Sequence record: CAXNAH020000227.1
Reading direction: 5' to 3' (one strand)
DNA: 32,000 nt
The notes below the pieces were generated by a model. It saw only the letters and a list, made by a program, of their open reading frames with translations, searched no databases and was not told the origin of the DNA. A program made the position numbers and the translations under genes. Position 1 is the first letter of the stretch; each line of letters opens with the position of its first letter. Shown here piece after piece: positions 20,283 through 31,606 of the stretch.

Positions 20283-22535
20283 ATGAACTCCAAAAAACAA
20301 GTAGACAAGGTAAAGGTTCTTGTAGACCGTAATACTGTTAATACGACTAGTTTTGAAAAATGGGCAAAGCCTGGACATTTTTCACGTACATTATCGAAAG
20401 GTCCAAAAACAACAACTTGGATTTGGAATTTACATGCTGATGCACATGATTTTGATAGCCAAACAAATTCTTTAGAAGAAGTTTCTAGAAAAATTTTTAG
20501 TGCTCATTTTGGACAATTATCCATCATATTCCTTTGGATAAGTGGTATGCATTTTCATGGAGCATATTTTTCAAATTATTTAGCATGGTTAAATAATCCA
20601 ATTAGTATTAAACCTAGTGCACAAGTCGTTTGGCCTATTGTTGGGCAAGAAATATTAAATGGAGATGTAGGTGGTAATTTTCAAGGTGTCCAAATAACTT
20701 CAGGATTTTTCCAGTTATGGCGTGCTGAAGGTATAACAAGTGAAATTGAATTATACTGGACAGCTATCGGTGGATTAATAATGTCTGGGTTAATGCTATT
20801 TGGAGGTTGGTTTCACTATCATAAAGCTGCACCAAAATTAGAGTGGTTTCAAAATGCTGAGTCAATGTTAAATCACCATTTATCTGGTCTATTAGGTTTA
20901 GGTTGTCTTGCATGGTCAGGGCATCAAATCCACATAGCATTACCTATCAACAAATTATTAGATGCTGGTGTTGCCTCACAGGAAATTCCATTACCTTATG
21001 AATTCATAATAAACCGCGAATTAATTGGTCAACTATATCCAAGTTTTAAAAAAGGTTTAGTTCCTTTCTTTTCGTTTAATTGGGGTGAATATTCTGATTT
21101 TTTAACTTTTAAAGGTGGTTTAAACCCTGTAACAGGTGGACTTTGGTTAAGTGATACAGCCCACCATCATTTAGCTTTAGCAGTTTTATTCATCGTTGCA
21201 GGACATATGTACCGTACAAATTGGGGTATCGGTCATAGTATGAAAGAAATTTTAGAAGCACATAAAGGACCATTTACTGGTGCTGGTCACACTGGGCTTT
21301 ATGAAATTTTAACAACTTCTTGGCATGCCCAATTAGCAATCAATTTAGCTATGATGGGGTCATTAAGTATTATTGTTGCTCACCATATGTATGCTATGCC
21401 GCCATACCCATATATTGCAACTGACTATGCAACACAACTTTCTTTATTTACACATCATATGTGGATTGGTGGATTTTGTATTGTAGGTGGTGCTGCACAT
21501 GGTGCAATTTTTATGGTTCGTGATTATAATCCTGCTAAAAATTATAATAATTTATTAGATAGAGTTGTTCGTCATAGAGATTCTATTATTTCTCACTTAA
21601 ATTGGGTTTGTATTTTCTTAGGTTTCCACAGCTTTGGATTATATATACATAATGATACTATGAGAGCATTAGGACGTGCCCCTGATATGTTTTCTGATAC
21701 AGGAATTCCTTTAAAACCAATTTTTGCACAAGCAATTCAAAATTTACATTTATTAGCACCGGGGAGTACAGCACCAAACGCATTAACAACTGCAAGTTAT
21801 GTTTTCGGTGGTGACATAGTTTCGGTTGGGTCAAAAATTGCAATAATGCCAATAAAATTAAGTACAGCTGATTTTATGGTTCACCATATTCATGCGTTTA
21901 CAATCCATGTTACGGTTTTAATTTTATTAAAAGGTGTTTTATATGCGCGTAGTTCAAAATTAATACCTGATAAAGCTAATTTAGGTTTCCGTTTTCCATG
22001 TGATGGACCAGGAAGAGGTGGTACTTGCCAAGTATCAGCTTGGGACCATATATTTTTAGGTTTATTTTGGATGTATAATTCTATATCAGTCGTTATATTC
22101 CATTTTAGTTGGAAAATGCAATCTGATGTTTGGGGATCAGTAACACCAACAGGAACAGTTTCACATATTACAGGTGGTAATTTTGCACAAAGTGCACTTA
22201 CTATTAATGGTTGGTTAAGAGATTTTTTATGGGCACAAGCTTCACAAGTAATTCAATCATATGGTTCAGCTTTATCAGCTTATGGTTTAATCTTTCTTGG
22301 TGCGCATTTTATTTGGGCATTTAGTTTAATGTTCTTATTTAGTGGCCGAGGTTATTGGCAAGAGCTTATAGAATCAATAGTTTGGGCTCACAATAAAATT
22401 AAAGTTGCACCAGCAATTCAACCACGTGCATTAAGTATTACACAAGGTCGAGCGGTAGGGTTAGCACATTATTTATTAGGTGGTATTGGAACAACATGGT
22501 CGTTCTTCTTAGCAAGAATTATTTCTGTAGGATAA
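20283..22535 (+). CDS. psaA: Photosystem I P700 apoprotein A1
   Basis: 750 aa. [35 protein letters not shown], the FX-binding loop [19 protein letters not shown], and a [14 protein letters not shown] tail. Confidence 0.98.
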   Translation: MNSKKQVDKVKVLVDRNTVNTTSFEKWAKPGHFSRTLSKGPKTTTWIWNLHADAHDFDSQTNSLEEVSRKIFSAHFGQLSIIFLWISGMHFHGAYFSNYLAWLNNPISIKPSAQVVWPIVGQEILNGDVGGNFQGVQITSGFFQLWRAEGITSEIELYWTAIGGLIMSGLMLFGGWFHYHKAAPKLEWFQNAESMLNHHLSGLLGLGCLAWSGHQIHIALPINKLLDAGVASQEIPLPYEFIINRELIGQLYPSFKKGLVPFFSFNWGEYSDFLTFKGGLNPVTGGLWLSDTAHHHLALAVLFIVAGHMYRTNWGIGHSMKEILEAHKGPFTGAGHTGLYEILTTSWHAQLAINLAMMGSLSIIVAHHMYAMPPYPYIATDYATQLSLFTHHMWIGGFCIVGGAAHGAIFMVRDYNPAKNYNNLLDRVVRHRDSIISHLNWVCIFLGFHSFGLYIHNDTMRALGRAPDMFSDTGIPLKPIFAQAIQNLHLLAPGSTAPNALTTASYVFGGDIVSVGSKIAIMPIKLSTADFMVHHIHAFTIHVTVLILLKGVLYARSSKLIPDKANLGFRFPCDGPGRGGTCQVSAWDHIFLGLFWMYNSISVVIFHFSWKMQSDVWGSVTPTGTVSHITGGNFAQSALTINGWLRDFLWAQASQVIQSYGSALSAYGLIFLGAHFIWAFSLMFLFSGRGYWQELIESIVWAHNKIKVAPAIQPRALSITQGRAVGLAHYLLGGIGTTWSFFLARIISVG

Positions 22536-22556
22536 AATTAACGAGGTAAAATATTT

Positions 22557-24761
22557 ATGGTAACTAAATTTCCAAAATTTAGCCAAGCTTTAGCACAAGA
22601 TCCGACAACTCGAAGAATTTGGTTTGGAATTGCAACAGCTCATGACTTCGAAACTCACGATGGTATGACAGAAGAAAATTTATATCAGAAAATTTTTGCT
22701 TCACACTTTGGACATCTAGCAATTATTTTTCTTTGGACATCCGGTAATTTATTTCATGTGGCTTGGCAAGGTAATTTTGAACAGTGGTCTTTAAACCCAT
22801 TAAAAGTTAAACCAATTGCCCACACAATCTGGGATCCTCATTTTGGTGAGCTTGCAATGAAAGCCTTTACCAAAGGTGGAGCTTTTTATCCAGTCAATAT
22901 ATCTTATTCTGGTGTTTATCATTGGTGGTATACTATTGGAATGAGAACAAATAATGACTTATACGTTGGGTCTATTTTTTTAATAGCCTTATCTAGTTTA
23001 TTATTATTTGCTGGTTGGTTACATTTACAACCAAAATTCCGACCAAGTTTATCTTGGTTTAAAAATAATGAATCACGATTAAATCATCATCTAACAGGTT
23101 TATTTGGAGTTAGCTCATTAGCTTGGACTGGGCACTTAGTTCATGTAGCTATCCCTGAATCCCGCGGTATCCACATTGGGTGGGATAATTTTTTAACGAC
23201 TCTGCCACACCCGGAAGGATTAACTCCTTTCTTTGATGGTAATTGGAACGCATATTCACAAAATCCTGATACTGTAGAACATATTTTTGGAACAACTACA
23301 GGTGCAGGTACAGCAATTTTAACATTCCTAGGTGGGTTTCATCCACAATCTCAATCTCTTTGGTTGACTGATATTGCTCATCATCACCTTGCTATTGCAG
23401 TTGTGTTTATCATTGCAGGTCATATGTATCGAACAAATTTCGCTATTGGACATAATATGAAAGAGATTTTAGATGCTCATCGTCCACCTGGTGGAAGACT
23501 AGGTGTTGGCCATAAAGGGTTATTTGATACAATCACAAACTCTTTACATATGCAACTTGGCTTAGCGTTAGCAGCATTAGGAGTTATCACATCTTTGGTT
23601 GCTCAACATATGTATGCAATCCCTCCTTATGCTTTTATGGCAAAAGATTTTACAACACAAGCAGCTCTTTATACCCACCATCAATATATTGCTGGGTTCT
23701 TAATGGTAGGTGCATTTGCACATGGAGCAATTTTCTTTGTACGAGATTATGATCCAGAAGCAAACCAAGATAATGTTTTAGCTCGAATGCTTGAACATAA
23801 AGAAGCGATTATTTCTCATTTAAGTTGGGTTAGCTTATTTTTAGGTTTCCATACCTTAGGATTATATATCCATAATGATACTGTAGTTGCTTTTGGTCAG
23901 CCAGAAAAACAAATCTTAGTAGAGCCTGTTTTTGCACAATTTATTCAAGCAGCTTCAGGAAAAGCTGTATATGGGTTTGATCTTCTATTATCTTCAAAAG
24001 AAAGTCCTGCTAGCGCAGCTGGTAGTGAAATCTGGTTACCTGGCTGGATAAGCGCTATTAATAATGATAAGAATGATCTTTTCTTAACTATTGGACCTGG
24101 AGACTTTTTAATACATCATGCTATTGCTCTAGGCTTACATACGACAACCCTAATTTTAGTTAAAGGAGCATTAGATGCTCGTGGATCTAAATTAATGCCT
24201 GATAAAAAAGATTTCGGTTATAGTTTCCCTTGTGATGGTCCTGGACGTGGTGGTACTTGTGATATTTCAGCTTGGGACGCTTTCTATTTATCAATGTTTT
24301 GGATGTTAAATACAATTGGTTGGGTTACTTTTTATTGGCATTGGAAACATGTTACAATTTGGCAAGGTAATGCAGCGCAATTTAACGAGTCTTCAAATTA
24401 CATTATGGGATGGTTACGTGATTATTTATGGTTAAACTCTTCACCATTAATTAATGGTTATAACCCTTATGGTATGAATAGTTTATCTGTATGGGCTTGG
24501 ATGTTCTTATTTGGGCATTTAATTTGGGCTACAGGATTTATGTTCTTAATTTCTTGGAGAGGGTATTGGCAAGAGCTTATAGAAACATTAGTTTGGGCAC
24601 ATGAGCGTACACCTCTAGCGAATTTAGTTCGTTGGCGCGACAAACCCGTTGCTTTATCAATCGTTCAAGCTAGATTAGTTGGATTAATTCATTTTACAGT
24701 AGGTTATATTTTAACGTATGCAGCGTTTGTTATAGCTTCAACTGCTGGAAAATTTGGTTAA
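22557..24761 (+). CDS. psaB: Photosystem I P700 apoprotein A2
   Basis: 734 aa. [51 protein letters not shown] and [18 protein letters not shown]. Confidence 0.98.
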   Translation: MVTKFPKFSQALAQDPTTRRIWFGIATAHDFETHDGMTEENLYQKIFASHFGHLAIIFLWTSGNLFHVAWQGNFEQWSLNPLKVKPIAHTIWDPHFGELAMKAFTKGGAFYPVNISYSGVYHWWYTIGMRTNNDLYVGSIFLIALSSLLLFAGWLHLQPKFRPSLSWFKNNESRLNHHLTGLFGVSSLAWTGHLVHVAIPESRGIHIGWDNFLTTLPHPEGLTPFFDGNWNAYSQNPDTVEHIFGTTTGAGTAILTFLGGFHPQSQSLWLTDIAHHHLAIAVVFIIAGHMYRTNFAIGHNMKEILDAHRPPGGRLGVGHKGLFDTITNSLHMQLGLALAALGVITSLVAQHMYAIPPYAFMAKDFTTQAALYTHHQYIAGFLMVGAFAHGAIFFVRDYDPEANQDNVLARMLEHKEAIISHLSWVSLFLGFHTLGLYIHNDTVVAFGQPEKQILVEPVFAQFIQAASGKAVYGFDLLLSSKESPASAAGSEIWLPGWISAINNDKNDLFLTIGPGDFLIHHAIALGLHTTTLILVKGALDARGSKLMPDKKDFGYSFPCDGPGRGGTCDISAWDAFYLSMFWMLNTIGWVTFYWHWKHVTIWQGNAAQFNESSNYIMGWLRDYLWLNSSPLINGYNPYGMNSLSVWAWMFLFGHLIWATGFMFLISWRGYWQELIETLVWAHERTPLANLVRWRDKPVALSIVQARLVGLIHFTVGYILTYAAFVIASTAGKFG

Positions 24762-24778
24762 TTTAGATTATACTATCA

Positions 24779-24824
24779 ATTAGATTTGTATATAATAAAT
24801 AGAATTTTTATATACAAATCTAAT
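24779..24824 (+). terminator. 3' stem-loop after psaB with a 17-bp perfect stem and a 12-nt loop
   Basis: attagatttgtatataa (24779-24795) pairs with ttatatacaaatctaat (24808-24824). It starts 18 nt after the psaB stop. Confidence 0.5.
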
Positions 24825-24856
24825 AAAATATAAAAAATTTAATTAAGGAATTTCCC

Positions 24857-25159
24857 ATGGCTAAACAATCTATGATTGAAAGAGAAAAAAAAAGAGAAAA
24901 ATTAGTTCTAAAGTATAGGCAAAAACGTGCAGCTCTTCTTTTAGAATTCAAAAAAGCAAATACGTTTTCTGATCAAATGCAACTGCATAAAAAAATAGAA
25001 AAGCTACCACGAAATAGTTCCCGAATAAGATTACGTAATCGATGCTGGCGAACTGGTCGGAGTAGAGGTATTTATAGAGATTTTGGATTATGTCGTCATA
25101 TGATTAGAGATATGGCACATAATGGTATGTTGCCAGGTGTACGAAAAGCTAGTTGGTAA
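24857..25159 (+). CDS. rps14: 30S ribosomal protein S14
   Basis: 100 aa. [16 protein letters not shown]... and the C-terminal [41 protein letters not shown]. The psaA-psaB-rps14 linkage is conserved. Confidence 0.95.
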   Translation: MAKQSMIEREKKREKLVLKYRQKRAALLLEFKKANTFSDQMQLHKKIEKLPRNSSRIRLRNRCWRTGRSRGIYRDFGLCRHMIRDMAHNGMLPGVRKASW

Positions 25160-25195
25160 TTCCATAAAAAGTTAAAATACCCTATTTATTGTTCA

Positions 25196-25230
25196 TTAGA
25201 TTAAGTCTAAAATTTTTAAACTTAATCTAA
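25196..25230 (+). terminator. 3' stem-loop after rps14. An 11-bp outer stem is followed by one mismatch and a short A/T inner stem.
   Basis: ttagattaagt (25196-25206) pairs with acttaatctaa (25220-25230). Confidence 0.4.
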
Positions 25231-25242
25231 ATGAGCAAAAAA

Positions 25243-25272
25243 TTGGTGGATCTTTTAAAAATGAATTATAAT
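25243..25272 (+). promoter_or_regulatory. Candidate sigma70-type promoter for chlL (TTGGTG-N18-TATAAT)
   Basis: ttggtg at 25243-25248 and tataat at 25267-25272, about 125 nt upstream of the chlL ATG. This is a pattern match only in AT-rich spacer. Confidence 0.2.
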
Positions 25273-25396
25273 AATAGTAGAAGTCATTTTATTTTTTACA
25301 TTAATATCCCTAATTTAAAGAATTATAATCAAGTAGTTTCAATTATTAGTATAAATATTGATAATAGTTAATACTAAAAAAAAAAAGGAGTTCAGT

Positions 25397-26266
25397 ATGA
25401 AATTAGCTGTTTATGGTAAAGGTGGGATTGGTAAGTCAACAACAAGTTGTAACATTTCTGTTGCTTTATGTAGAAGAGGGAAACGTGTATTACAAATTGG
25501 TTGCGATCCAAAGCATGATAGTACATTCACCTTAACAGGTTTTTTAATTCCAACAATTATTGATACTCTGCAAGCCAAAGATTATCATTATGAGGATATT
25601 TGGCCAGAAGATGTTATTTATCAAGGCTTTGGTGGTGTTGATTGTGTTGAAGCAGGTGGTCCTCCGGCTGGGGCAGGTTGTGGTGGATATGTTGTTGGCG
25701 AAACAGTAAAACTTTTAAAAGAATTAAATGCATTTGATGAGTATGATGTTATTTTATTTGATGTTTTAGGAGATGTAGTTTGTGGTGGTTTTGCTGCACC
25801 ATTAAATTATGCAGATTATTGTTTGATTGTAACTGATAATGGTTTTGATGCTTTATTTGCTGCTAACCGGATTGCTGCCTCTGTTCGCGAAAAAGCAAGA
25901 ACACACGCTTTAAGGCTTGCTGGACTGATAGGAAATCGAACAGCGACTAGAGATTTGATTGATAAATATATAGATGCTGTTCCAATGCCTGTTTTAGAAG
26001 TTTTACCGCTAATTGAGGATATTAGAGTATCTCGTGTTAAAGGGAAAACCTTGTTTGAAATGACAGAATTTGATAGTTCTTTATGTTATATTTGCGATTA
26101 TTATCTTAATATCGCTGATCAACTAATAGCAAATCCTGAAGGGGTTGTACCTAAAGAAGCAGCTGATAGAGAATTATTTAGCCTTCTTTCAGATTTTTAT
26201 TTAAACCCTACACAAAAAGAAACTGAAAATAATGTATTTGAAGACGCTTTTGATGAAATTGGGTAA
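25397..26266 (+). CDS. chlL: Light-independent protochlorophyllide reductase (DPOR) iron protein ChlL
   Basis: The ORF track starts at TTG 25358. I prefer ATG 25397 because it gives the canonical N-terminus [15 protein letters not shown] and has AAGGAG (25385-25390) 6 nt upstream. Cluster-Cys contexts AGCGGYVVG and VVCGGFA are present. Confidence 0.95.
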   Translation: MKLAVYGKGGIGKSTTSCNISVALCRRGKRVLQIGCDPKHDSTFTLTGFLIPTIIDTLQAKDYHYEDIWPEDVIYQGFGGVDCVEAGGPPAGAGCGGYVVGETVKLLKELNAFDEYDVILFDVLGDVVCGGFAAPLNYADYCLIVTDNGFDALFAANRIAASVREKARTHALRLAGLIGNRTATRDLIDKYIDAVPMPVLEVLPLIEDIRVSRVKGKTLFEMTEFDSSLCYICDYYLNIADQLIANPEGVVPKEAADRELFSLLSDFYLNPTQKETENNVFEDAFDEIG

Positions 26267-26396
26267 TAAATAGTTTCCAAAAAAAGTTAAATTTACAAAA
26301 AGAGGTTAAAATTTGAATAGAAAGATTTTAATTAAACTAGATTACTATAAAAAAGATTTAGAAGTGTTTTTAGGAAAATAGACTTATCATTTTTAA

Positions 26397-27791
<1,395 letters not shown>

Positions 27792-27810
27792 AGTATTAAT
27801 TACCTAAAAG

Positions 27811-27836
27811 GTCTATTACATTTAAATGTAATAGAC
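27811..27836 (+). terminator. 26-nt perfect palindrome / stem-loop after chlN
   Basis: gtctattacattt|aaatgtaatagac, starting 20 nt after the chlN stop. Confidence 0.5.
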
Positions 27837-27950
27837 TATTTTTAATAATCTATGTACTATACTAATATGTATACATATTTCTATATTCTTTGTAGTGTGG
27901 AAAATTTATTTTTTATTAAAATCTATAGTTTTTCAAGATTCTCATCAATA

Positions 27951-28505
27951 ATGTTTAAAATTAAAAAATCGTTGTTAATATTTTTTTTAACCCTAAGTTT
28001 ACCTTTAGCATCATTTGCAGATGTTGCAGGCTTAACTAAGTGTAGTGAATCTGTAGCATTTAATAAAAGATTAGAATTAAGTGTTAAAAAATTAGAAGGA
28101 AGAGTACAAAAATATGAACCGAATTCGCCACCGGCTTTAGCTTTGGAGCAACAAATAAATAGAACTAAACAACGATTTAATCGTTATTCAAATTCTGAAT
28201 TACTATGTGGTAAAGAGGGTTTACCACATCTTATAACAGATGGTAGATGGGATCATGCTGTTGAATTTATGATTCCCGGAATGATGTTCTTATATATTAC
28301 TGGATGGATAGGTTGGGTTGGTCGCAGTTATTTAAATACTGTAAGTAATACTACAAACCCAACAGAAAAAGAGATTATAATTGATGTTCCTTTAGCATTA
28401 AAAATTATGTCATCAGGATTCATTTGGCCAATTTCAGCTTGGCAAGAATTTACGAGCGGTAAATTTTTAGCTCCGGATTCAGAAATCACTGTCTCTCCAA
28501 GATAA
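27951..28505 (+). CDS. psaF: Photosystem I subunit III (PsaF) precursor
   Basis: The ORF track starts at 27852. I prefer ATG 27951, which gives a 184-aa product with the signal peptide [23 protein letters not shown] followed by the mature [11 protein letters not shown] start typical of PsaF. The upstream 33 codons are Y/F/I-rich spacer-like sequence. Confidence 0.9.
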   Translation: MFKIKKSLLIFFLTLSLPLASFADVAGLTKCSESVAFNKRLELSVKKLEGRVQKYEPNSPPALALEQQINRTKQRFNRYSNSELLCGKEGLPHLITDGRWDHAVEFMIPGMMFLYITGWIGWVGRSYLNTVSNTTNPTEKEIIIDVPLALKIMSSGFIWPISAWQEFTSGKFLAPDSEITVSPR

Positions 28506-28561
28506 TAAAACCAGTAAATAAGATAATTAAACTTATATATTATAATTAAAAAGGAAACAAT

Positions 28562-28690
28562 ATGGAAAATTTTTTAAAGTATCTTTCTACAGCTCCTGTA
28601 TTATTTGTTGCATGGATGACATTTACTGCAGGTTTTATAATTGAAGCTAATCGTTTTTACCCTGATGCATTAACATTCCCCGTTTTTTAA
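28562..28690 (+). CDS. psaJ: Photosystem I subunit IX (PsaJ)
   Basis: Not in the ORF track. Hand translation gives the 42-aa peptide [42 protein letters not shown], a close match to the PsaJ consensus (..[11 protein letters not shown]...W.TFTAG..IE.NRF.PD.L). psaF-psaJ linkage supports it. Confidence 0.9.
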   Translation: MENFLKYLSTAPVLFVAWMTFTAGFIIEANRFYPDALTFPVF

Positions 28691-28808
28691 CCAAAATAAC
28701 AGATGATACTCACAACTTACTGATCTCCTTTCTATTAGTATTATATAAATATAATACTAATAGAAAGGAGATCAGTAAGTTGTGAGTATCATCTGTTATT
28801 TTGGTTAA
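28687..28808. repeat. 122-nt perfect palindrome with 60 consecutive base pairs and a 2-nt apex
   Basis: The arms are 28687-28747 and 28748-28808. The reverse complement was checked block by block, and only the central A28747/A28748 fail to pair. The left arm contains the psaJ stop codon (28688-28690). Confidence 0.95.
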
Positions 28809-28839
28809 TATTTCCATTAAAAAACAAAATAAAAAACTT

Positions 28840-30471
28840 ATGAATTTATACTTTCCCCTAACTGAACGTAACGAATTACATATTCCAGTAAATCAATTAT
28901 CAAGTAATATATTTGAGGCGATTAAAGATAAAATAGATGAGAAGAGCGAAATAAATACTGATTCTTTAGTAGATCATGATGAAAATATTAATGATAATCT
29001 TGAGGTAGAAAATATTGAAGATCTGGAAATGATGAATTTTCATGAAAAATATACTTCAAAATTAGATACATTAAAAAAAACCGAAGCTCATAAAAAAATA
29101 AATAAAATTAAAATTTATTTTATTGTTAAATCAAAAATTGTTAAAGGAGAAGAAATAACTGTTGCTATACCAATTCGTTGTTTTGATGACTTAGGGAATG
29201 CTAAGCCCGAAAAATTCAATAACCGTATTAACACTTTTTTCGATATAGATGTATTTCGTGGACGCCCAGATACTCAAGGTAGCCCCGCATTAAGACCGTT
29301 TATTTTGGAGGAAATAGTATTTGCAGCGCATCCTTTTGGCCTGGACGAAGAATTCTCTTTGGAAGATTTGATTTTGCCAAAAGAATATGGGCATGATGGT
29401 ATTAAATTAGAATCCGGTATTCCAGAATCTGATTTATTATCCCGACTTAAAACAATGAAAACCCGTAATAAATATACAGGAAAAGTGCGGACTCTTTATT
29501 ATTTAAGTAAGGATTATGACTATAATGAGGCAGCGGTGGATAATACTATTTTTTCAACTACTTCTAATTATGTTATTGATCCTAAAAAGACAAACAATAC
29601 TTTCATGCAACGTTTAAAAGAGATTGAGTTTAAAAAAGAGGGGTTTAAAATTGTTAATACTAAGAATCTTTTCAAGCTTGTTTGTGGAAATCGAACTCCA
29701 TTAGTAGAAAAAAGTATTATTCCAGTTTTTTCTAATTTAGAAGATGCTCAAAATCTTTTAATAACAGTCCTAGAAGAAGTAAATAAACCTTTTCAAGCCA
29801 GAAGAAAAATGGAAGGACCTGACACTCCTCAATCCGATAGAAGTTTAGATTACCTAGATGATCCATTCTGTTATCAAAACCGATATTTTTATCCGGAAAG
29901 TGGGATAGATAAAATTAAAGACTTTTTAAGAACATATAGGTTTATTAAAGGACATAAACGATCATCTTTTAAAGATGACCTTTATCATGAAAATAAATAT
30001 CAAACAAAAGGTCCATTTTCTATAGCGGATGGAGAAACAGCAGATGATGATCATATGGATGAACCATTGTGGATTCGTGAAAAAGCACATGAATTTGCTC
30101 CAAGACATATCTGGAGAGAAACCGACTGTCTGCTATTTGAAGCAGAAAATTTTCCTGGTGAAAGAGAGGCCTATAGCTTCTTAGAATCTCGGGATATGAG
30201 TATTATTGATGAAGCACTGCTAAAAAAGAGCCAGGATGTCAAAATAATATCAATGGGGTTGGCTGATTTTTTAGAATTTTGGAATAATCCTACTACAAAA
30301 ACTGGTGAATTATTATTTATACCGTCTTCAAAACATTTAAAGAAAAGGGAATTACCTGTTCGCTCTAAAAAACCTATAGACCCATTTTATGAATATCAAC
30401 AAAAATTTTATGGATCTACAAAAAAAGATACTGAAAATTATACATATGAAATAATAGTTTCACCCGATTAA
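28840..30471 (+). CDS. Hypothetical protein of 543 aa from the first ATG (556 aa if TTG 28801 is used). Unassigned, with a possible Tic22-like relationship.
   Basis: A long uninterrupted frame in stop-rich AT-rich DNA is very unlikely by chance. The product is hydrophilic with no TM segment, P-loop or obvious catalytic motif. The N-terminal ~130 aa are low-complexity and N/K/E/D-rich. See findings for the motif argument. Confidence 0.7.
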   Translation: MNLYFPLTERNELHIPVNQLSSNIFEAIKDKIDEKSEINTDSLVDHDENINDNLEVENIEDLEMMNFHEKYTSKLDTLKKTEAHKKINKIKIYFIVKSKIVKGEEITVAIPIRCFDDLGNAKPEKFNNRINTFFDIDVFRGRPDTQGSPALRPFILEEIVFAAHPFGLDEEFSLEDLILPKEYGHDGIKLESGIPESDLLSRLKTMKTRNKYTGKVRTLYYLSKDYDYNEAAVDNTIFSTTSNYVIDPKKTNNTFMQRLKEIEFKKEGFKIVNTKNLFKLVCGNRTPLVEKSIIPVFSNLEDAQNLLITVLEEVNKPFQARRKMEGPDTPQSDRSLDYLDDPFCYQNRYFYPESGIDKIKDFLRTYRFIKGHKRSSFKDDLYHENKYQTKGPFSIADGETADDDHMDEPLWIREKAHEFAPRHIWRETDCLLFEAENFPGEREAYSFLESRDMSIIDEALLKKSQDVKIISMGLADFLEFWNNPTTKTGELLFIPSSKHLKKRELPVRSKKPIDPFYEYQQKFYGSTKKDTENYTYEIIVSPD

Positions 30472-30516
30472 CAATACCATGCTAGTTACATTATGAACTC
30501 AGATCTATATTAATTC

Positions 30517-30588
30517 AATATTTTTCTTTCTTGATAAATTAAGCTAAAAACTCTTTTTTAAGTTAATTTATCATGAAAGAAAAATATT
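30517..30588. repeat. 72-nt imperfect palindrome between the convergent hypothetical ORF and petA
   Basis: The 26-nt arms 30517-30542 and 30563-30588 have one T-T mismatch (30531/30574). A 2x2 internal loop follows, then a 6-bp inner stem (30545-30550/30555-30560) and a 4-nt loop. The right arm ends exactly at the petA stop (30589-30591, minus strand). Confidence 0.85.
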
Positions 30589-31536
30589 TTAAAATTTTAA
30601 CTCAGCAGCCTGGACTTTTTCAAATTGTTTTTTCTTTATCACAAAAAAGATTTGTGTAAATAATACGGAAAAAGCAAAAATTATAAAACCAACCACTCGA
30701 CTTGGGTCTTGTAAAACAATTTCAACATCTGTCTGACCAAAACCGCCAACATTAGGGTCTTTTGTTAAAGGTTGATCTAATTTGATGTTATCTTTTTTTG
30801 AAACAACTACTGATAAACCTTTTGGAATATTTTGTTTAGTTTCATTACCTTTCGAATTTACCATTGTCACTTCAGTCTCACCCTTAGCTAAGGTTTGAAT
30901 ATCTACAATTTGTCCTTCAAAGGAAGAAGTTACAATATTATTATTACTTTTTTCACCAGTAGGGTATATTTGGCCACGCCCTCTATTTGCCCCTACATAA
31001 ATTGGATATTTTAAAAAATTAATTTTTTTATTTGTTGCTGGGTCTGGTGATAAGACTGGGAAAATAATTTCTTGATGTGTGTCACCTGCAATTGGCCCAA
31101 CAACTAATATATTTTCTTGGGTTGCACTATAAGGCGATATAAAAACACCTTTACTTTTGTCTTTAATTTCTTTTGAAATTAAATTATTTGGTGCTAATTT
31201 AAAACCCTCTGGTAGTATAACAACGGCTCCAACATTTAATCCACTTAATTGACCATTCCCTAAAATTTGTTTTGCATCTTTGGAATAAGGAATTTTTACA
31301 GCAGCTTCAAAAACTTTATTTGGTAATACTGCTTTTGGTGATTCTATTTGTACTGGTTTTTCTGCCAAATGACAATTTGCACATGCAATTCGTCCATTAG
31401 CTGCACGAGGGTTTGTATACCCCTGTTGAGCATAAATTGGGTATGCTTCTGACATTTCCATAGAAAATGGAATACTACTAATGACAAAAATAAAACTTAT
31501 TATAAAAAATTTCATTAGTCTTTTCAAAAGTTCCAT
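30589..31536 (-). CDS. petA: Cytochrome f precursor
   Basis: 315 aa. The signal peptide is followed by the mature start YPIYAQQGY, the heme-binding CANCH motif and a C-terminal TM anchor (VVGFIIFAFSVLFTQIFFVI). Confidence 0.97.
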   Translation of the reverse strand: MELLKRLMKFFIISFIFVISSIPFSMEMSEAYPIYAQQGYTNPRAANGRIACANCHLAEKPVQIESPKAVLPNKVFEAAVKIPYSKDAKQILGNGQLSGLNVGAVVILPEGFKLAPNNLISKEIKDKSKGVFISPYSATQENILVVGPIAGDTHQEIIFPVLSPDPATNKKINFLKYPIYVGANRGRGQIYPTGEKSNNNIVTSSFEGQIVDIQTLAKGETEVTMVNSKGNETKQNIPKGLSVVVSKKDNIKLDQPLTKDPNVGGFGQTDVEIVLQDPSRVVGFIIFAFSVLFTQIFFVIKKKQFEKVQAAELKF

Positions 31537-31606
31537 ATTGGAATGAAGTAAAGTAAAAAATTTTGTATTAATATTACTTGATAAAAAGGAATTAAATAAT
31601 AGAACA

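Noticed and set aside
21658-21852. Minus-strand 64-aa ORF inside psaA
   Set aside because: It is an antisense shadow ORF within psaA.
25231-25371. 46-codon ORF in the rps14-chlL spacer ([46 protein letters not shown])
   Set aside because: It is N/I/Y-rich low-complexity sequence, as expected from translating AT-rich spacer. It matches no known small plastid protein pattern and overlaps the candidate chlL promoter and leader.
25358-25396. N-terminal extension of chlL in the ORF track (TTG start, [13 protein letters not shown])
   Set aside because: ChlL proteins start [18 protein letters not shown] 25397 has an AAGGAG Shine-Dalgarno 6 nt upstream, and that Shine-Dalgarno and the preceding A11 run would lie inside the extension.
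27852-27950. N-terminal extension of psaF in the ORF track ([21 protein letters not shown]...)
   Set aside because: ATG 27951 yields a classic signal peptide plus the mature DVAGL start at normal PsaF length. The extension looks like translated AT-rich spacer.
28801-28839. TTG start of the hypothetical ORF used by the ORF track
   Set aside because: The TTG lies inside the right arm of the 122-nt palindrome and would be buried in a 60-bp stem. The first ATG at 28840 is the more conservative start. The true start is unresolved.
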